From IMG/VR virus record IMGVR_UViG_2529293000_000008: a stretch of DNA of 14,962 bases; one strand, written 5' to 3'. The translations under genes were made by a program, and so were the position numbers. Positions 1 through 7,783 of this stretch are shown one piece after another; position 1 is the first letter of the stretch, and the number at the start of each line of letters is the position of its first letter. The DNA is from a virus (Duplodnaviria; Heunggongvirae; Uroviricota; Caudoviricetes). The notes under the pieces were generated by a model, which worked only from the letters and a program-made list of their open reading frames with translations, made no database searches and had not been told where the DNA came from.

Positions 1-165
1 ATGGCAAAGCCGATCATCACGCTCAATGGCCTAAAAATCGTCATTATGTTGGGAATGCTGGTCATTATTCTCTGCGGTATCCGTTTTGCCGCCGAGATCA
101 TCGTGCCGTTTATTCTCGCATTATTTATTGCTGTTATATATAACTTATTTCGCATAACACATTGA
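1..165 (+). pseudogene. tqsA: 5' fragment of a host inner-membrane transporter gene (AI-2E/PerM family, TqsA/YdgG-like), truncated and fused to foreign sequence at the island junction
   Basis: ORF starts at nt 1 and encodes [46 protein letters not shown], a hydrophobic transmembrane N-terminus that matches TqsA/YdgG as I recall it (not searched). After about codon 46 it continues as YNLFRITH and stops at 163-165, so only a 54-codon fusion remains. Confidence 0.45.
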
Positions 166-344
166 TTTAATTAAATAATTAACACCGCAAAAAGTGCCAA
201 AAATCGCAAAATGACTACACCAGTGACTACACCGTTCGGTGCACTGTATGAAACAACGTGGAACAAATAGACACAAGAAATATACAGGCGGATCATCTTT
301 CCAGGGGGAAGCACACCAATTCATGAGGGGCGTTAATGTCGATA

Positions 345-609
345 TGGGGATCCCCACCTACCGGAATTTTTTTCCGGTTAAACGTTAATCAGGCTGGTGG
401 GCTTTACCTGTTCGGTAGGTGTTATGATTATCGTAATACCTTTCCCCCAATGGGGTAAAAGCATCAACCGTAACGAAAGTCGTTATGGTTGCCACTGATA
501 CCCCAAATTTGGGTATCACGAGTAAGCCCCAAAATCTGGGTGTTACTCTTACTACCCAAACTACGGGTAGTTTCCGTAGTTTCATGGTCGAGTTGCAGAT
601 CTGCAACTC
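345..609. repeat. Cluster of perfect and near-perfect palindromes in non-coding DNA beside the island junction (function unknown; candidate packaging or recombination site)
   Basis: Read directly: tggggatcccca 345-356; ccggaatttttttccgg 361-377; 9 bp inverted repeat cacctaccg 355-363 with cggtaggtg 413-421; cccccaatgggg 444-455; cccaaatttggg 502-513; ccccaaaatctggg 527-540; aactacgg/ccgtagtt 559-581; 20 bp perfect palindrome gagttgcagatctgcaactc 590-609. Confidence 0.5.
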
Positions 610-863
610 CCCCATTAACCACAGGCGAATTTCCGCCTTCGGTCATTCCTTAATCATCTGCGTAATCATAATGATTATTCAGCAAGCGCAATTTTGCGCT
701 TTGCTTAAAGTTCAGCGAGTTACCGCGCCGACTTCCTCAAATTGAGGTTTCCGAAAATATCAGCGGGTTAGCGATTAAGCTGACCATTAATTAAACTGCG
801 AAAATGTCGTAGTTGTGAGGGGTGTAGCCAACCCATTTTTGGGCCGTCGGGAATATCAACCAG

Positions 864-1145
864 TTACCGCCGCAACCGCTCCGGCTTCTTCCAGTGGTAC
901 GTTATTTTCTCCTTCTCCCGATACATCTCCACGCGGCGACGGTAGGCCAGCAACTCAAGAACTCTGGTTCGTATGTTGCGCATATCCACGCCATTAAGTT
1001 CTATACCATCACGGCGCATCACCTCAGCAACAACACGCGCATAGTTTTCGGCTGTCACGCTGTCCGGCTGCGTGGCCTGTTCGTCAGCCTGCTGGCTGAT
1101 TCCGGCAACGCGGCGGATTAATCCCGTTATTTCGGCTTCTGTCAT
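864..1145 (-). CDS. Hypothetical protein (93 aa) at the distal end of the packaging operon
   Basis: ATG at 1145 preceded by a GAGG Shine-Dalgarno; begins 14 nt after the TerL stop on the same strand; no recognisable motif. Confidence 0.5.
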   Translation of the reverse strand: MTEAEITGLIRRVAGISQQADEQATQPDSVTAENYARVVAEVMRRDGIELNGVDMRNIRTRVLELLAYRRRVEMYREKEKITYHWKKPERLRR

Positions 1146-1158
1146 GCTGCTGACCTCA

Positions 1159-2820
1159 TTACACCCCGCTAAATTCTTCCAGTTTCTGGCGGTGGCTGTC
1201 GCTTATATCAAAAGCAAAATCCTCATGCTCTGCCTGGAATGTACCAAACGCCATCAGCGCCGCCACGCTCGGGTCTATCTTGTTCGGTGATTTTTTCTTG
1301 TTCGGCTTGATATTGGCGTTCGCGTCACTCTGCATCACGACGTTACTCATCGACCAGGACAACACCGGATCGCCACGATGCACAATCACCCTGCGGTTAA
1401 CAAAAACTTCGAACGATTTCGCCGCCGGACTGAATCTGAGGTAGGTTTGCGGGAACGGCTCCACCTCAAAACCTGCCCCCTGTAATTGCGTTCTGAGATG
1501 CGTGGCGTTCCACGTATCAAAGCCCACCAGCCTGATATTAAATTTCTCCGCGTCCTGCATGATGTCATCTCTGATCCGGTCGTAATCAATGCAGTCGCCA
1601 GGCGTTGTGCGTATCCAGCCTGCTTTAGCCCACTGACGATAGATGGCGCGGTTTTTATTGGCGGGGTTCTGTAGCTGAAATTCCGGCAGATAGTGACGGG
1701 AAACCAGCATAATGGTTTTACCGACCGGAAAGGCATAGCACACGCTGGAAATATCGCTGGTTGATGATAAGTCCAGCCCCGCGTAACACTCCTGGCCGTG
1801 TAAATCTTCCTCCGTGAACGTTCCGGCACACTCAGCCCATGCGCCGTTACCCATCCACGGGGTAGCCCCCTGGCACCAGATATTAAATCGCTTTGTCATC
1901 ATCTCCACCCACTGCGACGGAATACCCCGCGCTTTCTGGATGGTTGAGGCCAGTTTTTCACGATCGACGGAAACATCAATATTAGGGTTCGCCTTTATCC
2001 ACATCGCCGGATCATCAACCTCGTTTTCGTCGTCCAGTTCGTAAATCAGTACAAAAATTGAATCGTTAACCTCTTCGCCGTCCAGGATCTGGCAGCAATA
2101 ATCATAGTGCTGCTTACAGGCTGAAACGACGTTGCTGCCTGATGTGGTAATGGCAAATAACAGCCCTTCGGGACGTGCGCCCATCCCCAGCTCAAGCGCG
2201 GAATAAACGCCGTTATCGGGGTGCAAGTGGTATTCGTCCACGATGGAAAGGCTGGGGTTTGTTCCCTCGATGGTTGCCGCTTTTGCTGCCAGCGGCTTTA
2301 ACAGGCTGTTGCTTTTCGGGTGTATCACCTTATGCGCCTGAATATTCACCCGCCTGCGTAACGGTCGGGATAAAAGGCACATCTGACGCGCATCATCAAA
2401 GACGATCCGCGCCTGGTCACGGCTCACCGCTGCGGTGTAGATATCCTGCTGACCGTTCTCCATAATCAGAAACCAGTTAGCCAGAATCGCGGCGGTCGTG
2501 GATTTCGCATTTTTGCGCGGCACTTCGATAAAGGCGCTCGTGTATTTGCGCCGTCCGGTGGCCTTAACCTTAAAGCCGAGGATGCACGCAAAGGCGAACT
2601 GCTGCCACGGCTCCAGCTCAATGGGTCTGCCACGCATCGGTCCTTTTACGTGCGGGCACACCCTGGAAAAGGCAATAAACCGCTCCACAACCTCACGATC
2701 GAACGTGTAAAGGGGGCTTTTAAGGTCCGAAAAGTACCGTTTAACGGCCTGTTTCAGCCGTTTACAGGCCGGAATTTTGCCCGTTTTTACGTCTTCTGCG
2801 TACTTATTCCAGGCGGTCAA
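1159..2820 (-). CDS. terL: Terminase large subunit (TerL)
   Basis: 553 aa; terminase-type deviant P-loop (PRKNAKST), size and overall pattern typical of TerL; TTG start at 2820 preceded by GAGGA; overlaps the TerS 3' end, consistent with translational coupling. Confidence 0.9.
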   Translation of the reverse strand: MTAWNKYAEDVKTGKIPACKRLKQAVKRYFSDLKSPLYTFDREVVERFIAFSRVCPHVKGPMRGRPIELEPWQQFAFACILGFKVKATGRRKYTSAFIEVPRKNAKSTTAAILANWFLIMENGQQDIYTAAVSRDQARIVFDDARQMCLLSRPLRRRVNIQAHKVIHPKSNSLLKPLAAKAATIEGTNPSLSIVDEYHLHPDNGVYSALELGMGARPEGLLFAITTSGSNVVSACKQHYDYCCQILDGEEVNDSIFVLIYELDDENEVDDPAMWIKANPNIDVSVDREKLASTIQKARGIPSQWVEMMTKRFNIWCQGATPWMGNGAWAECAGTFTEEDLHGQECYAGLDLSSTSDISSVCYAFPVGKTIMLVSRHYLPEFQLQNPANKNRAIYRQWAKAGWIRTTPGDCIDYDRIRDDIMQDAEKFNIRLVGFDTWNATHLRTQLQGAGFEVEPFPQTYLRFSPAAKSFEVFVNRRVIVHRGDPVLSWSMSNVVMQSDANANIKPNKKKSPNKIDPSVAALMAFGTFQAEHEDFAFDISDSHRQKLEEFSGV

Positions 2821-3160
2821 GCTCGTCCTCTTCTTCTGTTTCCGGTGGGTTTTTACGGCGGCTTATCGGGTCAAAACCGAGCAAGGAGGCCATTTTTATC
2901 ATCACCCTTTCAGCGTCTGATTTCGCGCTTAATGCGGGGTTTCTGCTCTCGCCGCCCTGACTGTTAACAATGCTGAACCCGCGCGCCGCAAGGTCTGCGA
3001 CGGCTTTCCGGTAAATGGAGTAGTTGACACAATACAGTTCCAGATTGCTCCAGTCGGCGGGGGTCAGGTCTCCCCGTTCCGCAAGCTGCCGCGATTTTTC
3101 CCGCCACTGCTTCACGGCGATGTCATCCAGGTAGGCGGGGGCTTTCGGTGGTCTTGCCAT
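2804..3160 (-). CDS. terS: Terminase small subunit (P27-family-like TerS)
   Basis: 118 aa, MARPPKAPAYLDD...LELYCVNYSIYRKA pattern typical of P27-family small terminase; ATG at 3160; lies directly upstream of TerL. Confidence 0.8.
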   Translation of the reverse strand: MARPPKAPAYLDDIAVKQWREKSRQLAERGDLTPADWSNLELYCVNYSIYRKAVADLAARGFSIVNSQGGESRNPALSAKSDAERVMIKMASLLGFDPISRRKNPPETEEEDELDRLE

Positions 3161-3282
3161 GCTTATTTTTCGTCAGATTATTTTTCAAAAAATTCCCGTG
3201 CATAAAAATTTGAGGAGGCGTTCGGTGCCCGGCGGGGTCGGGTTTGTCCTGAAAACGCCCCCCACCCCGCCATACAGCCTCA

Positions 3283-3465
3283 TCAGCGATTGCGGAAACA
3301 TTCCATAACCTCGCGGTCACGGTCGGTTAATCGCTTCGCTGTGATGCGTTCTGCGCGTCCTGACGCTTTATCTTTATGCCCTGTTTCCTGTGTCTTCCAT
3401 GCGTCACGCTGCCTTATAAGTCCACGGATAAGGCGGTTTTGTTCCCGCTCATTCATCAGCGTCAT
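3283..3465 (-). CDS. Possible small basic protein (about 60 aa) between HNH and TerS
   Basis: Internal ATG of the 3283..3687 ORF overlapping the HNH stop; Arg/Lys-rich; weak or no Shine-Dalgarno, so the call is tentative. Confidence 0.25.
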   Translation of the reverse strand: MTLMNEREQNRLIRGLIRQRDAWKTQETGHKDKASGRAERITAKRLTDRDREVMECFRNR

Positions 3466-3889
3466 ACATCCAGTTATTGCGGTTAGCGGCCCGTTCTTCA
3501 TCTTCACGAAATCCACCTGCGGCACGCTTGCTTTTTGTTGCCGGATCAAGCCATTTCGTTTTCTGGTTATGACACGCCTGACACAATGGCTGATGGTTCC
3601 ATTCGGGCCAGAAGAGAACATCATCGCCGCCATCGATGGGGATAATGTGATCCACCACCACGGCGGGCGTATATATCCCCTTCTCAAGGCATCGCACGCA
3701 TAACGGGTTTTTACTCAGATACATGGCGCGGTATTTGTCCCACTGTCTGGAGTACCCACGCGCGCGGCGGTGTCCTCGTCTGGCATCCTCTGCACGCCAT
3801 GCCGCCCGCCTGTGCTCCTCACACTTACCGGACTTAACGCGCCTGTTACAGCCTGGTTCTGTACATCGTCTTAATGGTTGCCACGGCAT
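3449..3889 (-). CDS. HNH endonuclease (terminase-associated)
   Basis: 146 aa with Cys-rich N-terminus (CTEPGCNRRVKSGKCEEH) and HNH core (DHIIPIDGG...NHQPLCQACHNQKT); sits immediately upstream of terS as in HK97-type cos packaging modules. Confidence 0.85.
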   Translation of the reverse strand: MPWQPLRRCTEPGCNRRVKSGKCEEHRRAAWRAEDARRGHRRARGYSRQWDKYRAMYLSKNPLCVRCLEKGIYTPAVVVDHIIPIDGGDDVLFWPEWNHQPLCQACHNQKTKWLDPATKSKRAAGGFREDEERAANRNNWMYDADE

Positions 3890-4182
3890 CAGTACACCCC
3901 CACATCACGGTAAGCCGTCCAGAGTGCGCCTATCGTCATGGGTACGCGCGTTTTTGCGTTATCCGCGACAATCTGGCGATTTTCATACAGGTGAGCGATA
4001 AACATCATGCAGCCAATCTTTATGGCTGGCGTGAACTCCAGCCCGTCATCAAAGCGCCTGCCTATGTGTATCTGGCACGCCTCAAGCGATGCGGCAATGT
4101 ATCCGCTGATTAACTGGTCTTCATCGTCGCCATCGATGCGGCAATGGAGTTTCACTTCTTCCAGGGTGATAAGTTCTGTCAT
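3889..4182 (-). CDS. Head-tail connector protein (gp6-like)
   Basis: 97 aa, MTELITLEEVKLHCRIDGDDEDQLISGYIAAS pattern typical of gp6-like connectors; ATG at 4182; its stop overlaps the HNH start by one base. Confidence 0.8.
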   Translation of the reverse strand: MTELITLEEVKLHCRIDGDDEDQLISGYIAASLEACQIHIGRRFDDGLEFTPAIKIGCMMFIAHLYENRQIVADNAKTRVPMTIGALWTAYRDVGVY

Positions 4183-4517
4183 TTTTCCGCGCCCTCACGA
4201 CAAAGAATTTCAAGGCGTGTCCTGGCGGCATCTGGCAGCGGTTGCCCGATGATATTCAGTACACGCCCCGCCAGCGGCCCCGTATTGACCTTTATCCGAC
4301 TGGTGGCGTTGATGTCCTTCCGGTAGCGTATCCATATCCTTACAGTTCCAGTCGCCAGCTCTGCACCTGATGAAATGGCCTCCTTGCTGCTGATCATGTT
4401 CACGCTTGCCCAGAGTGTGTGACCGTCCACCCACGTTTCGAGTATTTCGCCCGTCATGGCTCTGGTCTGTTTCAGGGTCTGAATCGTTACCCTGTCACGC
4501 AGTCGCCCTATGTTCAT
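4179..4517 (-). CDS. Head closure / head-tail joining protein (gp7- or SPP1 gp16-like)
   Basis: Start chosen at internal ATG 4517 (MNIGRLRDRVTIQ...) with a GGGAGA Shine-Dalgarno, overlapping the portal stop; IRYR and C-terminal pattern typical of head-closure proteins. Confidence 0.75.
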   Translation of the reverse strand: MNIGRLRDRVTIQTLKQTRAMTGEILETWVDGHTLWASVNMISSKEAISSGAELATGTVRIWIRYRKDINATSRIKVNTGPLAGRVLNIIGQPLPDAARTRLEILCREGAEK

Positions 4518-5725
4518 TCCGGTTTTTCTCCCTCGCTGATTTTTACTTCCTGTTTCCATGCCTGGCTGAACTCATCACCACCATCACGCGGTGACAGTCC
4601 TTCACGTTCGCGGGCTTCGTTCGGACACATAACGCCGGATTTGATGCCGCGCTCATAGGTGGCAAAGCGTTCGCCAGGTGTGGCCCGTAACAGGTCCGCG
4701 CTGTCAAACTCCACCTGATACCGGATACCAGGTACAGGCGAGGCCACCAGCAGGGCGTTTTTTATCTGCTGCTCAAAGTTCGCCAGCCACGGGCGCATCG
4801 TCATGGTGAGAAATGCGCGGCTTGCCTCGCTGAAATTGCTGTAGGTGCTGTTGCTGTATTCCTGCAAAAAAATCGGCGAGACGTTGAACATTCTGGCGAT
4901 GTCTTCAATGGTGAAGCGACGGGAGGCCAGCCATTCAGCATCCTGATTACTCATGCCCAGCTGCTGATAGCTCATACCCCCTTCAAGGATGGGCGTTTTT
5001 CCGGCGTTTCTGGCCCCTTTGTAGCGTTCCAGTGCGGCTAATGCCTGTTTGCCCTTCACGCCGTCCAGCCATTCGCCTGACGTGATAACCCCTGCCGCCA
5101 TCATGCCATCACGCATCACGCTCGCGCCGTGGCGTTGTTGGGCCAGCCCAAGCCCCAGCGATTCGCGGCAGATGGTTACAGGTGAGCGCCCCATAAAACC
5201 GTCATCCGTGGAGTAACGAAGGTGGAGAACCTCCCACGGTAAATAGTTGCGGGTGTTTCCGGTGTAGGCGTCAGTGATGCAGTAGCGCCAGTTATGCTCA
5301 CCTGTCTGCTCAACGTTCACCGACTGCGGCGGGTAAGGATGCAAAGCGACTGGAAAACCATCACGCCCCCACTGAATCACCGCATAAGCATTACCGTTTA
5401 ACAGGCAGTGGCGGATCATCATTCGCTTAAACTGGTAGGGGGTTTGCCATGCGTTCGGGCGCTCGTTGAGGATGTGATCGACCGGATGAGAATCAAGCCA
5501 CTCTCGGGCCTCCTTCCCCTTCTCATTGCGTACCAGGTACAGGTAACACGGCATGGTAGCCACCGCCTCAGAGATGACCGTGACGGCGTTCATGACGGCG
5601 GGCAGTGATTCCGCTGTCCCCGATGATACGTACTCACCCGCCCCCGTGTTCGATGTGCCAGCCAGCGCCATAAACTCATCAAGCGTCATGCTGCGCTGCT
5701 CTTTTTTTCTTCTGAAAGGCCACAT
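4514..5725 (-). CDS. Portal protein (HK97 family)
   Basis: 403 aa with the LLNGNAYA motif and overall HK97-family portal pattern; ATG at 5725. Confidence 0.9.
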   Translation of the reverse strand: MWPFRRKKEQRSMTLDEFMALAGTSNTGAGEYVSSGTAESLPAVMNAVTVISEAVATMPCYLYLVRNEKGKEAREWLDSHPVDHILNERPNAWQTPYQFKRMMIRHCLLNGNAYAVIQWGRDGFPVALHPYPPQSVNVEQTGEHNWRYCITDAYTGNTRNYLPWEVLHLRYSTDDGFMGRSPVTICRESLGLGLAQQRHGASVMRDGMMAAGVITSGEWLDGVKGKQALAALERYKGARNAGKTPILEGGMSYQQLGMSNQDAEWLASRRFTIEDIARMFNVSPIFLQEYSNSTYSNFSEASRAFLTMTMRPWLANFEQQIKNALLVASPVPGIRYQVEFDSADLLRATPGERFATYERGIKSGVMCPNEAREREGLSPRDGGDEFSQAWKQEVKISEGEKPE

Positions 5726-5726
5726 A

Positions 5727-6299
5727 TCACACCCCCGCTAAATCCGCCCACCAGCGGCGATTATCCGCACGCGGCATTTTTTCGGGGTGCTGCTCGTACA
5801 GGGAGCGGCGGGCCAGCTCCACGCCGGAATCAGGGTAAGCCGGTACGGATGTAACGGTAATTTCGTATAGTTCCGCCACCAGCACGGTGCGCACGCATGG
5901 ATCTGTTGTGGTATCCCATACATCCTTACGGGAACGAAAGCCAAAGCTCATGCCGGATATATCACCTCGTTTAACCAGTTCGATAACGTCGCGCCCTGTA
6001 CTGGTATCCGGTGGGGTCAGTTCAAAGCGTAACCCTGTTTCGTCCTCTTCCAGTTTCAGCGTGCCGGAACGGGTGCGCCCCAGTAACATGCTGTGGTCAT
6101 GCTCATACAGGCCGCGAACGTCATTACCCGCCGCAAGCCACTCAGTAAACGCCCCCCGCTGGAATTTTTCGTAAAACTCCCCCCATAGCAGTTCTGAAAG
6201 CTTATCCCAGCGAACAACGTAGCCCGTCAGCGTACCGGCTCCGCTGGTAGTGATTTCCGATGACCGGATTTCCATACTCTTCATAATTTTTTCACCCAT
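5727..6299 (-). CDS. Prohead maturation protease (HK97 family)
   Basis: 190 aa with G-x-L-x-GY, HDHS..LGR and GMSFGF motifs typical of HK97 prohead proteases; the true start may be the internal ATG at 6284. Confidence 0.9.
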   Translation of the reverse strand: MGEKIMKSMEIRSSEITTSGAGTLTGYVVRWDKLSELLWGEFYEKFQRGAFTEWLAAGNDVRGLYEHDHSMLLGRTRSGTLKLEEDETGLRFELTPPDTSTGRDVIELVKRGDISGMSFGFRSRKDVWDTTTDPCVRTVLVAELYEITVTSVPAYPDSGVELARRSLYEQHPEKMPRADNRRWWADLAGV

Positions 6300-6308
6300 A
6301 AAACACTA

Positions 6309-6328
6309 AAGGGGCTTTTAAGCCCCTT
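6309..6328 (-). terminator. Stable hairpin between the capsid and protease genes (possible attenuator)
   Basis: aaggggcttttaagcccctt forms an 8 bp GC-rich stem with a 4 nt loop; on the minus-strand RNA it is followed by UAGUGUUUU just before the protease start. Confidence 0.4.
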
Positions 6329-6338
6329 CTGTATGCTG

Positions 6339-7496
6339 TTAATCGTCGTCCTGTGGCAGTTCCAGAATCTTGATCGCGTTCGAATCCACCACGCCACCGC
6401 CTAAATATTTCTGCGTGAAAATTTTGATGAAGCCCGGCTCTGTGAGGTTGTCCGGTCTGGTGCGAACACCTGTTTCGTGATCAACAATGTAGTAACCGCG
6501 TTTGAAGTCACCCAGGGCAATAACGTTATCAGGCATAAACTCCAGATATTCGACCGGAAGGCCCAGCAACGTATCAGGATCACCCGCCTGTAAACGGTCG
6601 CGCCAGATGTAATCACCGTTCGCGTTCTTCACCTTCTGAAGTTTTGCCGCCGTCGTGGAGTTAACCACCCAGACCGCGTTTTTGCGGTATTTTTTACGTA
6701 ATGCAAATTTCAGGTCGATCAGCGGGTCCGCAGATGTCCACGCCAGAGATTCGGAAGGTTTAATTACCTGCAACGTACCAAAATCACGCTCTTTGTCGTT
6801 CTTCTCTGCACGGGGTACGGATAAAAAACCTTTTGCTTTTTTGTCACCGTCGCCCACAACCAGATCGCTTTCTTCGGTTTCCGTGAAGGTGTCGCCAATC
6901 TCACCCGTCAGCCATGAAAGGATGTCCACATCGGAAAAATCCACGATTTCCTGTGTGGTGCGCGGGTACGCATAGACCGGATACAGCTTAATGCTCACCT
7001 CGTTAATCTGCGGGGTGCTGGTCTGTTCGCGTGTCTTACCCTCTTCACCGTGGTTAACGGTCGCACCGCCAGCGGAAACAAGCTGCTTAAACTCGTTGCT
7101 GCTGATTTTCTTCACGGTACAGATGCGGCGCATGGTGGATTCATCCGTCAGCATTCGCATGATTTCGGTGTTCAGTTCGGGGATAACGGTATAACCACCA
7201 TCAGCGGGAACGCCTGTACTTAATGCGCGGGTTTCACCTGTCAGAATGTAGTTGCGTAGTTCTGCGGGGTCAGTGGTCTGGCTGCTTTTACCTGGCTTGC
7301 TGCGCTCTTCGTCTGCAATGGCTTCAAGGCGGGAAATGTCTTTATCGAGGGATTCAGCTTTAGCGCGTAATTCGTCAAATTTTGCGCCCTCAGCATCGTT
7401 AAGACTGCGGTTTTCTTTTTCCGCGTTCTCCAGCATGTCGCGCATCTGATTTTTAATGGCGGTTTTCTGCTGGCGTAATTCGATTATTCTCGGCAT
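6339..7496 (-). CDS. Major capsid protein (HK97 fold) with N-terminal coiled-coil delta/scaffold domain
   Basis: Start taken at ATG 7496 (MPRIIELRQQ...); the track ORF extends to a GTG at 7544; N-terminal charged coiled-coil region followed by capsid-like body. Confidence 0.9.
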   Translation of the reverse strand: MPRIIELRQQKTAIKNQMRDMLENAEKENRSLNDAEGAKFDELRAKAESLDKDISRLEAIADEERSKPGKSSQTTDPAELRNYILTGETRALSTGVPADGGYTVIPELNTEIMRMLTDESTMRRICTVKKISSNEFKQLVSAGGATVNHGEEGKTREQTSTPQINEVSIKLYPVYAYPRTTQEIVDFSDVDILSWLTGEIGDTFTETEESDLVVGDGDKKAKGFLSVPRAEKNDKERDFGTLQVIKPSESLAWTSADPLIDLKFALRKKYRKNAVWVVNSTTAAKLQKVKNANGDYIWRDRLQAGDPDTLLGLPVEYLEFMPDNVIALGDFKRGYYIVDHETGVRTRPDNLTEPGFIKIFTQKYLGGGVVDSNAIKILELPQDDD

Positions 7497-7575
7497 AAAA
7501 AAAGTCCTGGGGTTAAGTAAGGAACTCCAGGACGCGGCAAACACTCAACCGTTTTTCATAAGGAAATCAGTAATC

Positions 7576-7625
7576 GCACCGATCGTTTTCCCGCCTGGTA
7601 ATGAATATTGGCGAGCACATTAACA
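7576..7625. promoter_or_regulatory. Long inverted repeat in the region upstream of the capsid operon
   Basis: ttttcccgcctggtaatg (7576-7593) and cattaacaggcgggaaaa (7608-7625) are reverse complements with one mismatch, separated by 14 bp. Confidence 0.4.
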
Positions 7626-7754
7626 GGCGGGAAAATGGCCCCAGCGTCCTGGCACCACGGGCGAGAATAATCATGATTCAGGTCGGGTAAAATATGCCGT
7701 TCCGGTCAGCGAGCAACGTGGAACAACCACGAACAAATAATTTACAAAACATGA

Positions 7755-7777
7755 CAAAAAGCCGGATTGCTCCGGCT
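7755..7777 (-). terminator. Intrinsic terminator after the PerC-like gene, separating the early/replication operon from the head operon
   Basis: Minus-strand RNA forms agccgga-gcaa-tccggct followed by UUUUU; located 7 nt downstream of the stop at 7784. Confidence 0.5.
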
Positions 7778-7783
7778 GTGTGA

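Noticed and set aside
145-745. Small ORFs in the palindrome-rich non-coding region (145..357, 385..615, 464..646, 485..745)
   Set aside because: They overlap each other on both strands, lack Shine-Dalgarno sequences, and their reading frames are created by the palindromes themselves; the region is better explained as structured non-coding DNA.
3220-3275. Lambda-type cosN (GGGCGGCGACCT) in the HNH to TerS interval
   Set aside because: Only partial resemblance (a CGGCGGGG tract); no exact lambda-like cohesive-end sequence is present, so it is reported only as a GC-rich candidate.
254-7726. 13 nt exact repeat CAACGTGGAACAA at 254-266 and 7714-7726
   Set aside because: One 13-mer match is close to chance expectation in 15 kb and the flanking similarity is short (GAACAAATA); noted as a possible shared regulatory motif but not strong enough to call.
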